A stretch of 64,000 nucleotides of DNA from an uncultured delta proteobacterium (GCA_963785235.1 CAWAUM010000013.1:96001-160000); one strand, 5' to 3'. Shown: positions 1 to 12,900, numbered from the stretch's first letter. Notes: a model not told the origin generated them from the letters alone. Made by a program: numbers and translations.

Positions 1-879
1 GGTGCTATCTATGAGAAGATGTCCGAGGTTGGAAGCACAACAATAGAGGATTCCGAAAAGGACGACTATAACGCCTATGCCCTCTACGGAGTCACCAAGG
101 TGGGCGACCTCACCATCGAGCCCCTCTTCTATTATCATGTGGACAGTGCTTTCTACCGTACACCAAATGCAGCCGTCACCTATACCGCCCAGGATAATGG
201 CAATGACGGCTTTAGAATCCTGTACATTTCCCTTGCATCCAAAGGCAAGCTAGGCCCCCTGGGCATGGAGGCAGAGGTCTCCTATACAAAAAGAGATGGA
301 AAAGGCATATCTTACACGGCATTGACAGGCCTGCAGCCTCCTGCACCTGCTTCACTGACAGGGACTTTTGACAACGATTGGGTAGAGTTAGGCGCTTACC
401 TGAACCTGTGGAACGACATGGACTTCGGCAGAATGGGCGCCAAGCTTGCCTATGGCAGCTGGGACGAAGATGGCGGCTTGAAGAACCCCGCAACAGGGAA
501 ATTCACAGGTGCCGGTCAGGACTTCCGTGAGGATTTCAAGTCCAACCTCATCCTTGGCGATGAGATCACCTTCGGCGGCGGCGAAGACCTCGTGGGTATG
601 ACCCTGATCCAGCCCTATATCAAGAGCGTGAAGCTCGGCATGGACAAGTTAACGGGCAGCGCATCCTTCGGCTACATAATGTCCAACCAGAAGGAAACAG
701 CCCTTGAAGACGCAACTGCTATGGAACTTGACCTTGGTGTGCAGTACAAACTCACCGACAACTTCCTCTATAAGGTTGACGCAGGTTATGCAGACATCAG
801 CACGGAAAAGAAGTACTATGGCAACTCCGGTCCGGATCCAATCATGGTCCTTAGGCATGAGGTCATAGTAACCTTCTAA
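1..879 (+). CDS. Outer-membrane beta-barrel/porin-like protein, 5'-truncated by window edge
   Basis: Frame is open from base 1; alternating aromatic/Gly beta-strand pattern; ends in C-terminal Phe (HEVIVTF), typical of BAM substrates. Confidence 0.7.
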   Translation, partial: GAIYEKMSEVGSTTIEDSEKDDYNAYALYGVTKVGDLTIEPLFYYHVDSAFYRTPNAAVTYTAQDNGNDGFRILYISLASKGKLGPLGMEAEVSYTKRDGKGISYTALTGLQPPAPASLTGTFDNDWVELGAYLNLWNDMDFGRMGAKLAYGSWDEDGGLKNPATGKFTGAGQDFREDFKSNLILGDEITFGGGEDLVGMTLIQPYIKSVKLGMDKLTGSASFGYIMSNQKETALEDATAMELDLGVQYKLTDNFLYKVDAGYADISTEKKYYGNSGPDPIMVLRHEVIVTF

Positions 880-898
880 GGAAACTCCTGTTATCAAC

Positions 899-932
899 AA
901 AAAAGCCCGCCTGTTCAGGCGGGCTTTTTTTT
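899..932. terminator. Bidirectional intrinsic terminator
   Basis: AAAAAAGCCCGCCTG-TT-CAGGCGGGCTTTTTTTT between the convergent porin gene and rpoD. Confidence 0.9.
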
Positions 933-942
933 ATTCTTTCTT

Positions 943-1017
943 TGTAGGAGCGCCTTCAGGCGCGATATTGAGAAATGCGATGATTTCAAAAAAATCGAGG
1001 CTTAAGGCGCTCCTACA
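943..1017. repeat. GTAG-family REP doublet (REPIN-like)
   Basis: TGTAGGAGCGCCTTCAGGCGCGA ... inverted TCGAGGCTTAAGGCGCTCCTACA; related doublet at 31101-31154. Confidence 0.8.
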
Positions 1018-1051
1018 TAGTGCACCATAAACCGTGTGACGCTTACAACCC

Positions 1052-2766
<1,715 letters not shown>

Positions 2767-2770
<4 letters not shown>

Positions 2771-4505
2771 CTCTTCTCAAAGACCTCCATCACATGCGAG
2801 CGCAGGTTCATTTTCTTGTGTTGTATCTCCTGTTTATGTCTCTGTAGCTCGTTGCGTTTGTTTCTGTCTTGCGTCTTCTCGGCATTATTCAACTCACCTT
2901 GAATCTTTCTGAGCTCTTCGTCGAACGCTAGACTCATAAACCGGCACACCGTATCAATCAAGGCCTTTTTTGCATCTCCGGGAAATTCTCCTAGTGCCAT
3001 GAGGCGCGATGCCGTCATCCTCACTTCATCAGGGCAGTCAGAATCGTTCAATACACTACCACCGTTCTTTAGGATATAGTCAAAAAGCCTTGCAAACACC
3101 TTGTTCTGGAATTCAAAGGTCATATGAGAAGCCCTCATGATGTCCACAGCCCTTACATCCAAGAGCATGAGCCTCGTTAAGGTCGCCTCAAGGGCATCCC
3201 GCTCATTTCCTGAACGTGACATGTCCTGCTGATATGGCGGACTCCCTTCGGGTCTGATCCTTTTCCCCACGACTTCAGCAGATACTCCGAGCTTAACTGC
3301 AAGCCTTTGTGTCAGGAGATCGCGCATGACATTATCATGGAGGCGTGCAAACATGGGCGCAAGTTCCTTTAGTATGGCATTCTTACCTCCCAGTTTTGAT
3401 GGATCATTCCGGGAAAACGATTCAAAGAACATCAACTCCCAGATATCCTGGGCCGATGACAGGAGCTCATTCCAGAGGCTGATCCCTTCGTTCGCGATGT
3501 CATCGGGGTCTTTGCCCTGGGGCAGGATAACGATTTTAGGTATGACATCGCTTGCCAGAAACGGATCCATGGCCCTCACCATGGCATTCCTGCCCGCAGA
3601 GTCACCATCAAACACAAGGGTAATATCATCGGTGAAACGGCGCAACAGCCGGACATGGTCCTCTCCAAGGGCGGTTCCCAGTGTTGCAACCGCTGCAGGA
3701 AAGCCGGCATTTGCCAGGGACACGACATCCATGTACCCTTCCACCACCACCGCACCGCTCTGCCTGATCCGGCTCCGCGCAGAATGGAGGTTGTACAGGA
3801 CCCTCTTCTTTTCAAAAATCGGGCTTTCAGGGGTGTTGAGATATTTCGGCTCGCCTTCACCCATAATCCGGCCGCCAAACCCGATGACCTCTCCTGATAA
3901 ATCAATGATGGGAAAGATTACCCGGCCTCGGAACCTGTCGTAAAATCCGCTGCTCTTTCTGGGTGCTATGAGCCCGGCCTTCTCTGCTGCCACCTGGGGG
4001 ATACCACTGCGTTGAAGAAAAGAGGTCAGAGCTATCCCAGGAATCAGGCGCAAACCCGATATGAAACGCCCTGATGGTGTTCTCGGTAATGCCCCTGCCT
4101 GCTAAATACCTCCGCGCATCCTCGCCCTTTACCGAATTGAGCTGCTGCTCGAAAAAGGTCATGGCAGCCTTGTTGGCTTCGTAATAGATCTTTTTCTCGG
4201 ATGATGGTTGCCTTTTATCGGGTTCAAGGGTGATACCGGCCTTAAGGGCAAGTTCGGTAATGGCCTCGGCAAAGCTGAATCCTTTTTTGTCCATGACAAA
4301 GGAAATAACGTCCCCACCCCGGTCACACCCGAAGCACTTGTAACTCTGCTTGTCCGGGTCTACGGAAAATGATGGTGTCTTTTCTGAATGGAAGGGGCAG
4401 AGCCCCCAGAAAGACTTTCCCTTCTTCTTGAGCTGTACATACTCGGATATGACTGTAACGATATCACTGACAGCCTTGATCTGCTCGACCTGAGGATTTA
4501 TCCAT
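2767..4505 (-). CDS. dnaG: DNA primase, split by two apparent single-base insertions (~4498, ~4030), likely sequencing errors
   Basis: CHC2 zinc finger ([15 protein letters not shown]) in ORF 3902-4567; catalytic/TOPRIM motifs (KYLNTPE, VEGYMD, FDGDSAG) in ORF 2767-4053; an ATG directly follows the mutS2 stop. Confidence 0.93.
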
Positions 4506-6773
4506 TTATTTCCCCCCGAGCAGCACGATGGTCTTGTTGCCTCCGCCTTCGACCATGGGGGCGTCATGCAGGGTCCTCACGCACGGCAATTCGTTGAGAT
4601 ACTCGCGGATGGCCTTCTTAAGCCTGCCGGTCCCGGCCCCATGGATGATCTCGAGAGAATCCTGGCCCGTGAGCATTGCCCGGTCGATGGCCCGCTCCAC
4701 AAGAGGGATGGCCTCATGGACCCTCATGCCTATCACCTTAATTGGTAAGACCGGAGAAGGGCCTTTCAGGCGTGAAACGGTTTCCTTCCTGATGCGGTTC
4801 TCCTCAGGCTGTGAAACGACATCCAGCTGGTCAAGGCCTACCTGCAGGCGTTTTGTGCCAAAGGCAACCTCCGCTGCATGCTGGCCTAACTCCATTACCT
4901 CGCCTTCCTGCTCAGTCCCTTTCAACCTCACCGTGCACCCCTTGCGGATATTCAGTGTCTGGGCAGGCGCGATCTCGGTGAGGACCTGTGCAAGCTCTAC
5001 GGCCTCGGGCATCTGTTTTACCAGATGCACAGCCTCGCGGGTCACCGGTCTTTTGGAAAGCTGTTCGATCTGTTCCAGCAACCTCTTGTACTTGAGCGCA
5101 CTTTCCATTTTTTCCTTCTGCGTGGTGCGAAGCTCCTGCTCGACCCTGGCCTTCATCCTTCTGGCATCTTCAAGGCTCTTCTCGGCCTCCTGCTTCAACG
5201 CAGACGCCTTTGAAATATCCTGGATGGCCTTGGCGAGCGGGGAATTTCCGGTACGACCGGCAATGCCCCGCGCCTCCACGATCAGGGCATGAGGAAACTC
5301 GATGGACTCCAGGATCTCAAAGGCCCTGCTCTGGCCGACCACCCCGTACTGGAGGGCATATAACGGCTTGAGGCCGGTGTCGTCAAAGGCCGTGGCTGCA
5401 TGTTCCACCCCGTCAGAGGTGATGCCGTAAAGCTTGACGAGGTCTGAATGCGAGGTAACCACCACGGTTGCGCCCTTTATGCGAAGCGCATCGATACAGG
5501 CCACAGCCAGGGCCCCGCCCTGGTCGTGGTCCGTTCCCGAGCCGGGCTCGTCGAGCAGCACAAGATCGCCGGGGCAGGTCTGTTCATAGATGTTTTTCAG
5601 GGAAATGGCATGGGCGGTGAATGATGAAAGGTCATGGGTGATGTCCTGGTTCGTGTCCATCTCCACCCTTATATTCCCCATGGGCGTGATGACGGAATCC
5701 GCCCCTGCGGGAATTGCCAGCCCGCTCTTTGCCATGAGGATGAGGAGACCCAGTGTCTTCAAAGCAACGGTCTTGCCGCCTGCATTGGGACCGGTGATGA
5801 TGAGGCAGTCCTTCCCCTTGGGGATCCGGATGTCAAGCGCCACCGTTGAAGCCCTTCCCAGCCTTTCGAGAAGGATGGGGTGCCGGGCACCATGAAGGCG
5901 GATCTCTTCCCCTTCTATCCGGGGAATGGTGCCTCCTGTGTTAATGGCCCACCGGGCTTTGGCGGACACAAGGTCAAGCCCGCCGTAGACAAGCAGGTTT
6001 TCTCGTATCTCGGGTGCGTTATCATGAACCAGCGAGGTGAGCTCCTTGAGCACCTTATGCTCTTCTTCAGTTATCTGTCCCTTGATCTGATTTAACGTGT
6101 TATTCTCGTCAACCAAGGACAGGGGCTCCACATAGGCTGTCCGGTTCGTCCTGGAGTAGTCGTGGATGATGCCTTTCATGTGTACGTGGTAGTCGTGCCG
6201 CACAGGAATCACATAGCGGTCATTCCTCTTGGTTATGAGCTCCTCCATAAGAACAGACTTGGTTTTAAGCTTCTCCAGGATATGCTCGAGCTTCTCCAGA
6301 ATGGAAGATCTCATGGCGCGGTAGCGGGAGCGAAGGTCTCTCAGGTATGGATATGCCTCATCCGAGATCTCACCTGTGGATAGAAGCATGGCATCGATAC
6401 CGGCGGATACATGACTAAGGGGCTCCATGGTTGCAACCGCCTCCAAGAGCAACCCGCCTGAGTCGGTAAGCACCCTTTTCAGTCTTGCCATATCTATCAG
6501 AGCACCTGAGATCTTGATAAGATCCTGCCCTTCAAGCGCTGAGCCTTCTCTGACGGAAAGCAGGGGCCGGATGTCGGCAATGGCGGCTATGGCAGGTGAG
6601 TTGCCTGAATTCATGAGTTCAATCATCTCCTGGAGCAGGGCGAGCCGATAGCGGGCATCCTCCCAGGAATCGCTTGGACTCAAGCCCGAAAGGGCGCTAA
6701 GGCCGATTTCGGAGGAAACAAAAGGTTTTATATACTCCTTCAGGGCGGAGAACTCTAACAGATCATTTCTCAT
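4506..6773 (-). CDS. mutS2: Endonuclease MutS2 (Smr domain)
   Basis: ITGPNAGGKT Walker A, LSSFTAH, LLDEPGSGTD, C-terminal Smr motif IIHGAGTGRLK. Confidence 0.93.
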   Translation of the reverse strand: MRNDLLEFSALKEYIKPFVSSEIGLSALSGLSPSDSWEDARYRLALLQEMIELMNSGNSPAIAAIADIRPLLSVREGSALEGQDLIKISGALIDMARLKRVLTDSGGLLLEAVATMEPLSHVSAGIDAMLLSTGEISDEAYPYLRDLRSRYRAMRSSILEKLEHILEKLKTKSVLMEELITKRNDRYVIPVRHDYHVHMKGIIHDYSRTNRTAYVEPLSLVDENNTLNQIKGQITEEEHKVLKELTSLVHDNAPEIRENLLVYGGLDLVSAKARWAINTGGTIPRIEGEEIRLHGARHPILLERLGRASTVALDIRIPKGKDCLIITGPNAGGKTVALKTLGLLILMAKSGLAIPAGADSVITPMGNIRVEMDTNQDITHDLSSFTAHAISLKNIYEQTCPGDLVLLDEPGSGTDHDQGGALAVACIDALRIKGATVVVTSHSDLVKLYGITSDGVEHAATAFDDTGLKPLYALQYGVVGQSRAFEILESIEFPHALIVEARGIAGRTGNSPLAKAIQDISKASALKQEAEKSLEDARRMKARVEQELRTTQKEKMESALKYKRLLEQIEQLSKRPVTREAVHLVKQMPEAVELAQVLTEIAPAQTLNIRKGCTVRLKGTEQEGEVMELGQHAAEVAFGTKRLQVGLDQLDVVSQPEENRIRKETVSRLKGPSPVLPIKVIGMRVHEAIPLVERAIDRAMLTGQDSLEIIHGAGTGRLKKAIREYLNELPCVRTLHDAPMVEGGGNKTIVLLGGK

Positions 6774-6826
6774 GAAGGTGCGAATCAGGCAGCAATGTTT
6801 GCGTTGCCGCTATAGAGTCTGTGATA

Positions 6827-7264
6827 TCACTGCAGCAAAGAATTTACTACGCCGCTGATGACCTTGCCGTCTGCCTGGCCTTCCACCCTGGCCATGACGA
6901 GTTTCATGACCTTGCCGAATTCCTTCTTGGTGGCGCCGGTTTCGGCAATGATCTCTTTGGTGATTGTCCTTATCGCCTCTTCATCCATCTCTTTGGGCAA
7001 ATAAGACTTGAGGATCTCGAGGTTCTTCTCTTCGAGCTTTGCAAGATCCACCCTGCCCCCTTTGGTGAACTGCTCCAGGGAATCAATGACCTGCTTTATC
7101 TGAGTACGCAGGACCTTGGTGACCTCCTGGTCATCAAGGTCCTGATTGAGGGCAACCTGCCTGTACTTGATCGCTGAAATCGCCATGCGCAGACAAGACA
7201 ACCTGTCCTTGTCCTTCGCCTTCATGGCTTTTTCTAAATCGGCTTTGATCTTTTCTATCAGCAT
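6827..7264 (-). CDS. yqeY: GatB/YqeY domain protein
   Basis: MKAKDKDRLSCLR..., GGRVDLAKLE, YLPKEM, GKVMK..ADGK; located directly after rpsU. Confidence 0.9.
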   Translation of the reverse strand: MLIEKIKADLEKAMKAKDKDRLSCLRMAISAIKYRQVALNQDLDDQEVTKVLRTQIKQVIDSLEQFTKGGRVDLAKLEEKNLEILKSYLPKEMDEEAIRTITKEIIAETGATKKEFGKVMKLVMARVEGQADGKVISGVVNSLLQ

Positions 7265-7467
7265 CAGTAGTATGATCTTATCTTGCTCATTTTCTTTACT
7301 GCTCTCTTCCGGGCTGCAATGGCCTTGCGTTTCTTCTTTACGCTGGGCTTTTCGTAGAATTCTCGTTTGCGAACCTCAGAGAGAACACCCGCCTTTTCCA
7401 CCTGCTTTTTGAAGCGCTTAAGTGCGCCCTCAAAAGGCTCGGTCTCTCTCACTTTAATTCCGGGCAT
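7264..7467 (-). CDS. rpsU: 30S ribosomal protein S21
   Basis: [42 protein letters not shown]; SD GAGAGGGGG upstream; 67 aa. Confidence 0.97.
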   Translation of the reverse strand: MPGIKVRETEPFEGALKRFKKQVEKAGVLSEVRKREFYEKPSVKKKRKAIAARKRAVKKMSKIRSYY

Positions 7468-7517
7468 GCGTTGGTCAAACACCCCCTCTCTGTATAGCTG
7501 CTCTGTACAAGAAGGAG

Positions 7518-7548
7518 ATTGTATATAGAAACCCCCAGGTACTGTCAA
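7518..7548 (-). promoter_or_regulatory. Putative sigma70 promoter of the rpsU operon
   Basis: Minus strand TTGACA-N17-TATACAAT. Confidence 0.5.
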
Positions 7549-7558
7549 GCCATTAAGT

Positions 7559-7963
7559 TCAATTGGAACTTCTCTTCTTAGTTTTCATATATCCGGCCAG
7601 CCCGATTAATCCGGTACCCAGCAATATCATAGTGGCAGGCTCGGGTACGGGTGCAGGGGTATCATGATCATTCCTCAGGTTAAACAGGACTCTGTTAGAA
7701 TTCCCCCGGTTCGCAACAATAGTATTCCAAGGGTCCATGGCAGCGAAATTTCCCTGCGCACCTTCCCATAAGGGGGCGTCCCAATTCGTCCCGGACAAAG
7801 CCGGGATAAGGTTTGTATTAATGAATTGCTGAGGCCGAATGATATTGTACTCTACCGTGTAATTGACATAATTACGAAGATTGATCGGTGCCGCTTCAGC
7901 ATGAGTCAGGAAACTCGGAATTATCATAAGTGAAAGCAACAAAGTTATTCTCTTCATCTCCAT
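7559..7963 (-). CDS. PEP-CTERM sorting-domain protein
   Basis: Signal peptide; C-terminal [19 protein letters not shown] followed by a basic tail (KTKKR); AGGAGG SD. Confidence 0.92.
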   Translation of the reverse strand: MEMKRITLLLSLMIIPSFLTHAEAAPINLRNYVNYTVEYNIIRPQQFINTNLIPALSGTNWDAPLWEGAQGNFAAMDPWNTIVANRGNSNRVLFNLRNDHDTPAPVPEPATMILLGTGLIGLAGYMKTKKRSSN

Positions 7964-7974
7964 GTACCTCCTTT

Positions 7975-8013
7975 TTTTGAAAAACGAGGGAGGGATTTAG
8001 GGCTCCCTCCCTC
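7975..8013 (-). terminator. Terminator-like hairpin in the PEP-CTERM leader
   Basis: Minus strand GAGGGAGGGA-gccctaaa-TCCCTCCCTC-GTTTTT just 5' of the SD. Confidence 0.5.
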
Positions 8014-8078
8014 AATAGAAATGAGGGGTTTAGCTTCTACCTTTTCTCTAGTAGTACTTTGTCTTTGAAGGGGTGTAA

Positions 8079-8094
8079 TTCAATAGGCATGCCA
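8079..8094 (-). promoter_or_regulatory. sigma54 -24/-12 promoter (PEP-CTERM gene)
   Basis: TGGCATGCCTATTGAA (GG-N10-GA). Confidence 0.7.
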
Positions 8095-8179
8095 TAGCCA
8101 TCAATGGAAAAAACATCTATGATATCATTCTAGTACATATCCAAAGATTTCCATACCCGTAAAATAATTGGACGGATTG

Positions 8180-8213
8180 TCTTATGAGAAAGGATAAGTC
8201 CTTTTTAACAGGA
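8180..8213. promoter_or_regulatory. Paired enhancer (UAS) palindromes TCY-N9-GGA
   Basis: TCT-tatgagaaa-GGA and TCC-tttttaaca-GGA, 19 bp apart; the same layout occurs at 15711-15744. Confidence 0.6.
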
Positions 8214-8229
8214 ATACCGCTCACAGAAC

Positions 8230-8472
8230 TCATTGATGACTGGAAAGGGAGTGCTTCTTGAGCAAGGCGTATAACCTGGATCGTGAGAGGCCGGAGATCC
8301 TGCATGCCAGATCAACATTACCATCAGTTTGTCTCATAAGTTCAGATAGATAGACGTTCTCCATCTTCACAATGTATCGGTCTCGCACACCTTTGAGAGG
8401 ATGGAGGTCTGAATGCAGACTACGTTTCAAATCGGCAAAAATCCGGCTTGATAGAGATCTTGGTTTGTACAT
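8230..8472 (-). CDS. Stand-alone Fis-type HTH protein, paralogous to the C-terminus of the adjacent sigma54 activator
   Basis: Shares an identical 19-aa segment ACRISGLSRSRLYALLKKH, and the YL.ELMRQT motif, with 8520-9962, encoded by synonymously diverged codons. Confidence 0.75.
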   Translation of the reverse strand: MYKPRSLSSRIFADLKRSLHSDLHPLKGVRDRYIVKMENVYLSELMRQTDGNVDLACRISGLSRSRLYALLKKHSLSSHQ

Positions 8473-8483
8473 ATCAATGGAGT

Positions 8484-8499
8484 AACAAGTTATGTGCCA
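8484..8499 (-). promoter_or_regulatory. sigma54 -24/-12 promoter of the stand-alone HTH gene (predicted leaderless)
   Basis: TGGCACATAACTTGTT; predicted +1 at about 8473-8472, which is the ATG; no SD present. Confidence 0.65.
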
Positions 8500-8519
8500 G
8501 CAATACTTCCTGATATTAT

Positions 8520-9962
8520 TCAGGTGATATTGTGTTTCTTCAACAAGGCATAGAGGCGCGAGCGTGACAATCCCGAGATCCTGCAGGCTGTCTCAATGTG
8601 TGTCTTAGTCTGCCTCATCAATTCCTGGAGATAGTGCTTCTCTATTTCTGCGATAGAATCTTCCCGCACTTCCTTGAGACTGGGAAGCGATGTGCTGGTG
8701 AAATCCCGGGTCGGTTTCTTCTTTTTGCCTGCAACGGCATTTTGTTTCACCTGCACATGAATATGATGGGGAAGGTGCTTGGGAACGAGGATTGAACTAT
8801 CTTGTGCAACAGTAATCGCGCTTTCGATTGCATGAATCAACTCTCTGACATTACCCGGCCATGAGTACTGCACGAGGGTATCACAGAAAGCGGCACTGAG
8901 GCGTTTCGGCTTCATGCCGGATTTTCTGGTTAGTCTGTTCAGGTACAGATCCGTCAGACCGAGAATATCTTCAGGACGCTCCCTGAGCGGGGGAATATGG
9001 ATGGTTATGGATTGCAGCCTGAAGAGAAGATCCTTCCTGAATCCGTCTGTTTCCACCATCTTGTCGAGATTCCGGTTGGTTGCGGATATAACCCTGAAAT
9101 CACTGTCCACCTCGCTCGATTTCCCCACAGGGCGGAAGCGGCCTTCCTGGAGGATTCGGAGGAAATTTTTCTGGGTGGCCAGGGGGAGTTCACCAACTTC
9201 GTCCAGAAAGAGGGTACCCTGGTGGGCCTGGGTAACAAGGCCGTGCTGTGATCTGTCCGCACCCGTATATGATCCCTTCTCATGGCCGAACAGAATGCTC
9301 TCCACCAGGTTCGGGGGCAATGCGGCACAGTCCACAATGACAAACTCATTTCCTGAACGCGCCGAGTTATTGTGGATCGAGCGTGCAAAGAGCTCCTTAC
9401 CTGTGCCTGTCTCACCCGTCAGCAGCACATTGGCCTCACTCTTAAAGGTCTTGCTCAATAATGCCAGACATTCTTTCATCCTGGGGCTCTTGGCGAATAT
9501 CCCCTCTTTCTCAAAATCAACAGCTTTGACTGGCTGTTTATTGCTCCTATGATAGATAACAACATCTTTGAGCAGTGTAGAGAGTTCGTTTTTTGAAAAG
9601 GGTTTTTCCAGGTAATCCCATGCCCCTTTGGAAAGGGCTGCCTCAACCGAATCCGGATCACCGTAACCGGTTATGACAATCACTTCCGGCCTGCCGATAT
9701 TCTGGGAGATTTGCGGGAGTTTCTCAATACCGTTTCCATCAGGCATATGCACATCGAGAAAAACGACATCATATGCGTCTGCGTGTGCCGCCCCGAGTCC
9801 ATCCTTCAAGGTCAAGGCTGTTGTGGTGGTATAGCCCAAGGTCTTGGCCACGTTGGCTATGGAATTACATACAAGGCTGTCATCATCAATGATGAGAATC
9901 TTTTCCTGATTATCTATAGGCACTTGAGAATAATATAGGCTTTCCATTGAGATGTAAAGCAC
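8520..9962 (-). CDS. sigma54-dependent response regulator (NtrC/Fis-family enhancer-binding protein)
   Basis: REC domain (IIDDD, LDVHMPDG, KP); AAA+ domain (GETGTGKE, ESILFGHEKGSYTGA, FLDEVGE, WPGNVREL); C-terminal HTH. Confidence 0.95.
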   Translation of the reverse strand: MLYISMESLYYSQVPIDNQEKILIIDDDSLVCNSIANVAKTLGYTTTTALTLKDGLGAAHADAYDVVFLDVHMPDGNGIEKLPQISQNIGRPEVIVITGYGDPDSVEAALSKGAWDYLEKPFSKNELSTLLKDVVIYHRSNKQPVKAVDFEKEGIFAKSPRMKECLALLSKTFKSEANVLLTGETGTGKELFARSIHNNSARSGNEFVIVDCAALPPNLVESILFGHEKGSYTGADRSQHGLVTQAHQGTLFLDEVGELPLATQKNFLRILQEGRFRPVGKSSEVDSDFRVISATNRNLDKMVETDGFRKDLLFRLQSITIHIPPLRERPEDILGLTDLYLNRLTRKSGMKPKRLSAAFCDTLVQYSWPGNVRELIHAIESAITVAQDSSILVPKHLPHHIHVQVKQNAVAGKKKKPTRDFTSTSLPSLKEVREDSIAEIEKHYLQELMRQTKTHIETACRISGLSRSRLYALLKKHNIT

Positions 9963-9964
9963 TC

Positions 9965-12900
9965 TTAAGCCAGTAAACGGCCTATGGCTTCTTGCATCTG
10001 GGAACGGGAAAAGGGTTTGAGAATGAACTCATTAATGCCGGTATTCTTTTCCTGCAGTTCCTGCATGATTTCTTCTGAGCCCGAGCAAAGTATTACCGGG
10101 ATGTCCTGACGGATCTGACGGATATGCCCTGCCAGTTCATGACCTTTCATCCGGGGCATGACCTGGTCCGTTATAACCAGGGAGAACATCTTCGGTTCGT
10201 CTCTGAAGATTTTGAGCGCCTCCTGGGGATCGGATGTTGATGTCACTTGATATCCGAGATGGATCAGCAACTGGTGGATGCTGCGTAAGTCACCGACATT
10301 GTCGTCTGCAAGGAGGATATGTTTTTCTCCATGACCTTGAGATTGCCTGAGCTGCCTATGGGCTTGATCCTGGGGATCAGTGTATTGAGGAAAATACACT
10401 TCGAATTTTGCCCCTTTCCCGGTATCGCTTGAGAGAAGTATCGATCCATTCGCATTCTTGACCAGTTCGTGCACTACAGCAAGCCCCAACCCGGTGCCCT
10501 TGCTTGACTTCTTGGTAGAAAAGAATGGATCGAATATCCTGTCCCTGATATCCGGGCTTATTCCGGTTCCGGTATCCCGGACTGTCAGTTTCAGATATTT
10601 TCCCGGCTTGAGGTCGGATACGAGGGCCGCGGTATAGGAAGCTATTTCAGTTTCCTTGAGGGAAACACCAAGAAATCCTTTGCCTGATTTCATGGCCTGG
10701 ACAGCATTATTGCACAGGTTGAGAATGAGTTGATGAATCTGGGTCTGGTCAACCCTGACAAGGCCTTCCCTTGCATTTATCCATTGTTTGAAGGTAATTC
10801 GTGAAGGGATCGACCTTTTCATGAGGTTAAGCGCATCCTGAACAACAGGACCTATGGTAATAGGCTTGCAGAAAGATCCCTTTCTGGAGCCGAACAGCTT
10901 TATCTGCCTGATGAGATTCTTCCCGAGATGGGCTGCATCAATGATCTGGTCCAAGTATTCCCGCTCCTGCGTTCCGTGAGGGAGGATATCCGAGATGAGT
11001 TCCGAATTGATGAGGATGGGCTGGAGCACGTTATTGAAGTCGTGGGCAATACCCCCTGCAAGCTTGCCCAGGGCCTCTATTTTCTGGGCTTGTATGAGCT
11101 GGTTTTCGAGCCTCTTCTTTTCTTCTTCGGCCAGCTTGCGTTCGGTTATATCGCGGGCCGCTGCAAATACGCCGAGCGCTCTGCCTTCCTGATCGTGATA
11201 GAGGGATGCGTTGTACAGGACAGGGGTAATGAGACCATCGTGATGAAGCATATCAAGGGGATAGTCCTGTATCTTTCCTTCACTGAATACCTGCTCATAT
11301 CCGGCACGGGCCTTGTCCGGTTCGGTGAAATAATCGGAAAAATCAGTGTTGATAAGCTCTCTTCGGCTGCGGCCTGTCACCTTTTCCGTAGCCATGTTCA
11401 CGTCCGTGATCCTGCCGTTGACATCAATGGTCACCAGGGGATCAAGGCTCGCCTCGATGAGGCTTCTGTTATAGGCGCCTGCCAGCCTTAAGGCATTCTC
11501 CGCCTTTTTGCGCTGGGTTATTTCAGCTACGAGTTGCCTGTTTCTGGCCTGCACTTCAGTTGTGCGTTCCTTTACGAGATCTTCCAGTTTATCCTTATGC
11601 CTGCATAATTCATCCTCCGCGAGTTTTCGCTGGGTAATGTCCATGAATATGACGGCAAACTGTTCCGGAGCAGGACGATAGGCAAATGCCTCATAGTGCC
11701 GATTGAGGACCGGAGAATAATTTTCAAAGTGCACAGGTTCTCCGGTGAGCGCGACAGAACCATAGGCCTTTACCCATTTTGGGTCATCATCAGGCAGAAC
11801 CTGCAGCATGGTCTTGCCCACCACATCTTCCCTTTTGAGGCCGGTGAGCCGTTCAAAGGCCGGGTTCGCATCGATGAATCGATAATCACAGGGTATGCCT
11901 TTCTCATCGCATATGATCTCGTGCAGGGCAAACCCCTCGGACATGGAACTGAAGAGGTGGTGGAAGCGCTGCTCGCTCTTCCTGAGGGCCTCCTCGGCTA
12001 TTATCCGCTTGCTTATATCTCCGTAGGTTATTGCAACGCCATATTCTTCCAGGGGTATGGGTGCAGCAGTGACATTGATCCAGGTAATGTCACCATTGCC
12101 TTTCACAATGCCCATTTCAACATTCTCCACAAGGCAGTTGTTTTTGAGTGCAATGACGCTGGCATATTCATCTTCGGGCATGTCACTGCCGTCTGGCCTG
12201 ATAACCCGCCATTCCTGACCTGCGATGCCCCTGTTTTCAAGTTCCTCCCGAGAGATCCCAAGCAACCGTTCAGCTTCCTTGCTGCTTTCGATAATGTTGC
12301 CAACTTTGTCTGTTATGGTGATCCCCAAAGGAAATGAGTTGAAGAGCACTTTGTATTTCGCGAGACTGATCTTATATTCCTTATCGATCTGCCTCTGTTT
12401 GGTGACATCATATGCAACCTCCCCCGCCCCCACCACAGTGCCATTGGCATCCCGCAGGGGTGTCTGGATCACGCTGTAAACGCGACGGTAGCGACCGGGA
12501 TCGCCGAATTCAATGGTCTTGATTACACTCTCACCACCCAGTATTCGGCCCCACGCCTCTACAGCGAGCTTCCGCTGCCCGGGCATATGGGCAAAAAGTT
12601 CGATCATGCTCATACCGATATGGATATCCTTGCCGGTGAGCCGCTTTAACTCTTCCTGATATGTTGTATTAAAGTAAGTGTAGCGGAAGTTTGTATCCAC
12701 GGCTGCGATAATCACTTCCGTTCCTCTCGTTATGGCCTCCAGCAGTTCGTGCGTCTGCTTCAGCTCCTTCTCAGAGTGTTTCCGTTCGGTGATGTCGCGG
12801 ATTATGATCTGGATGGCAGGCTCGCCCTGGAAGTCGATTGTGCCGCCCACGGTCTCCACATCGGTGATGCGACCATCCAGGCTCACCATTTTTGTTTCCC

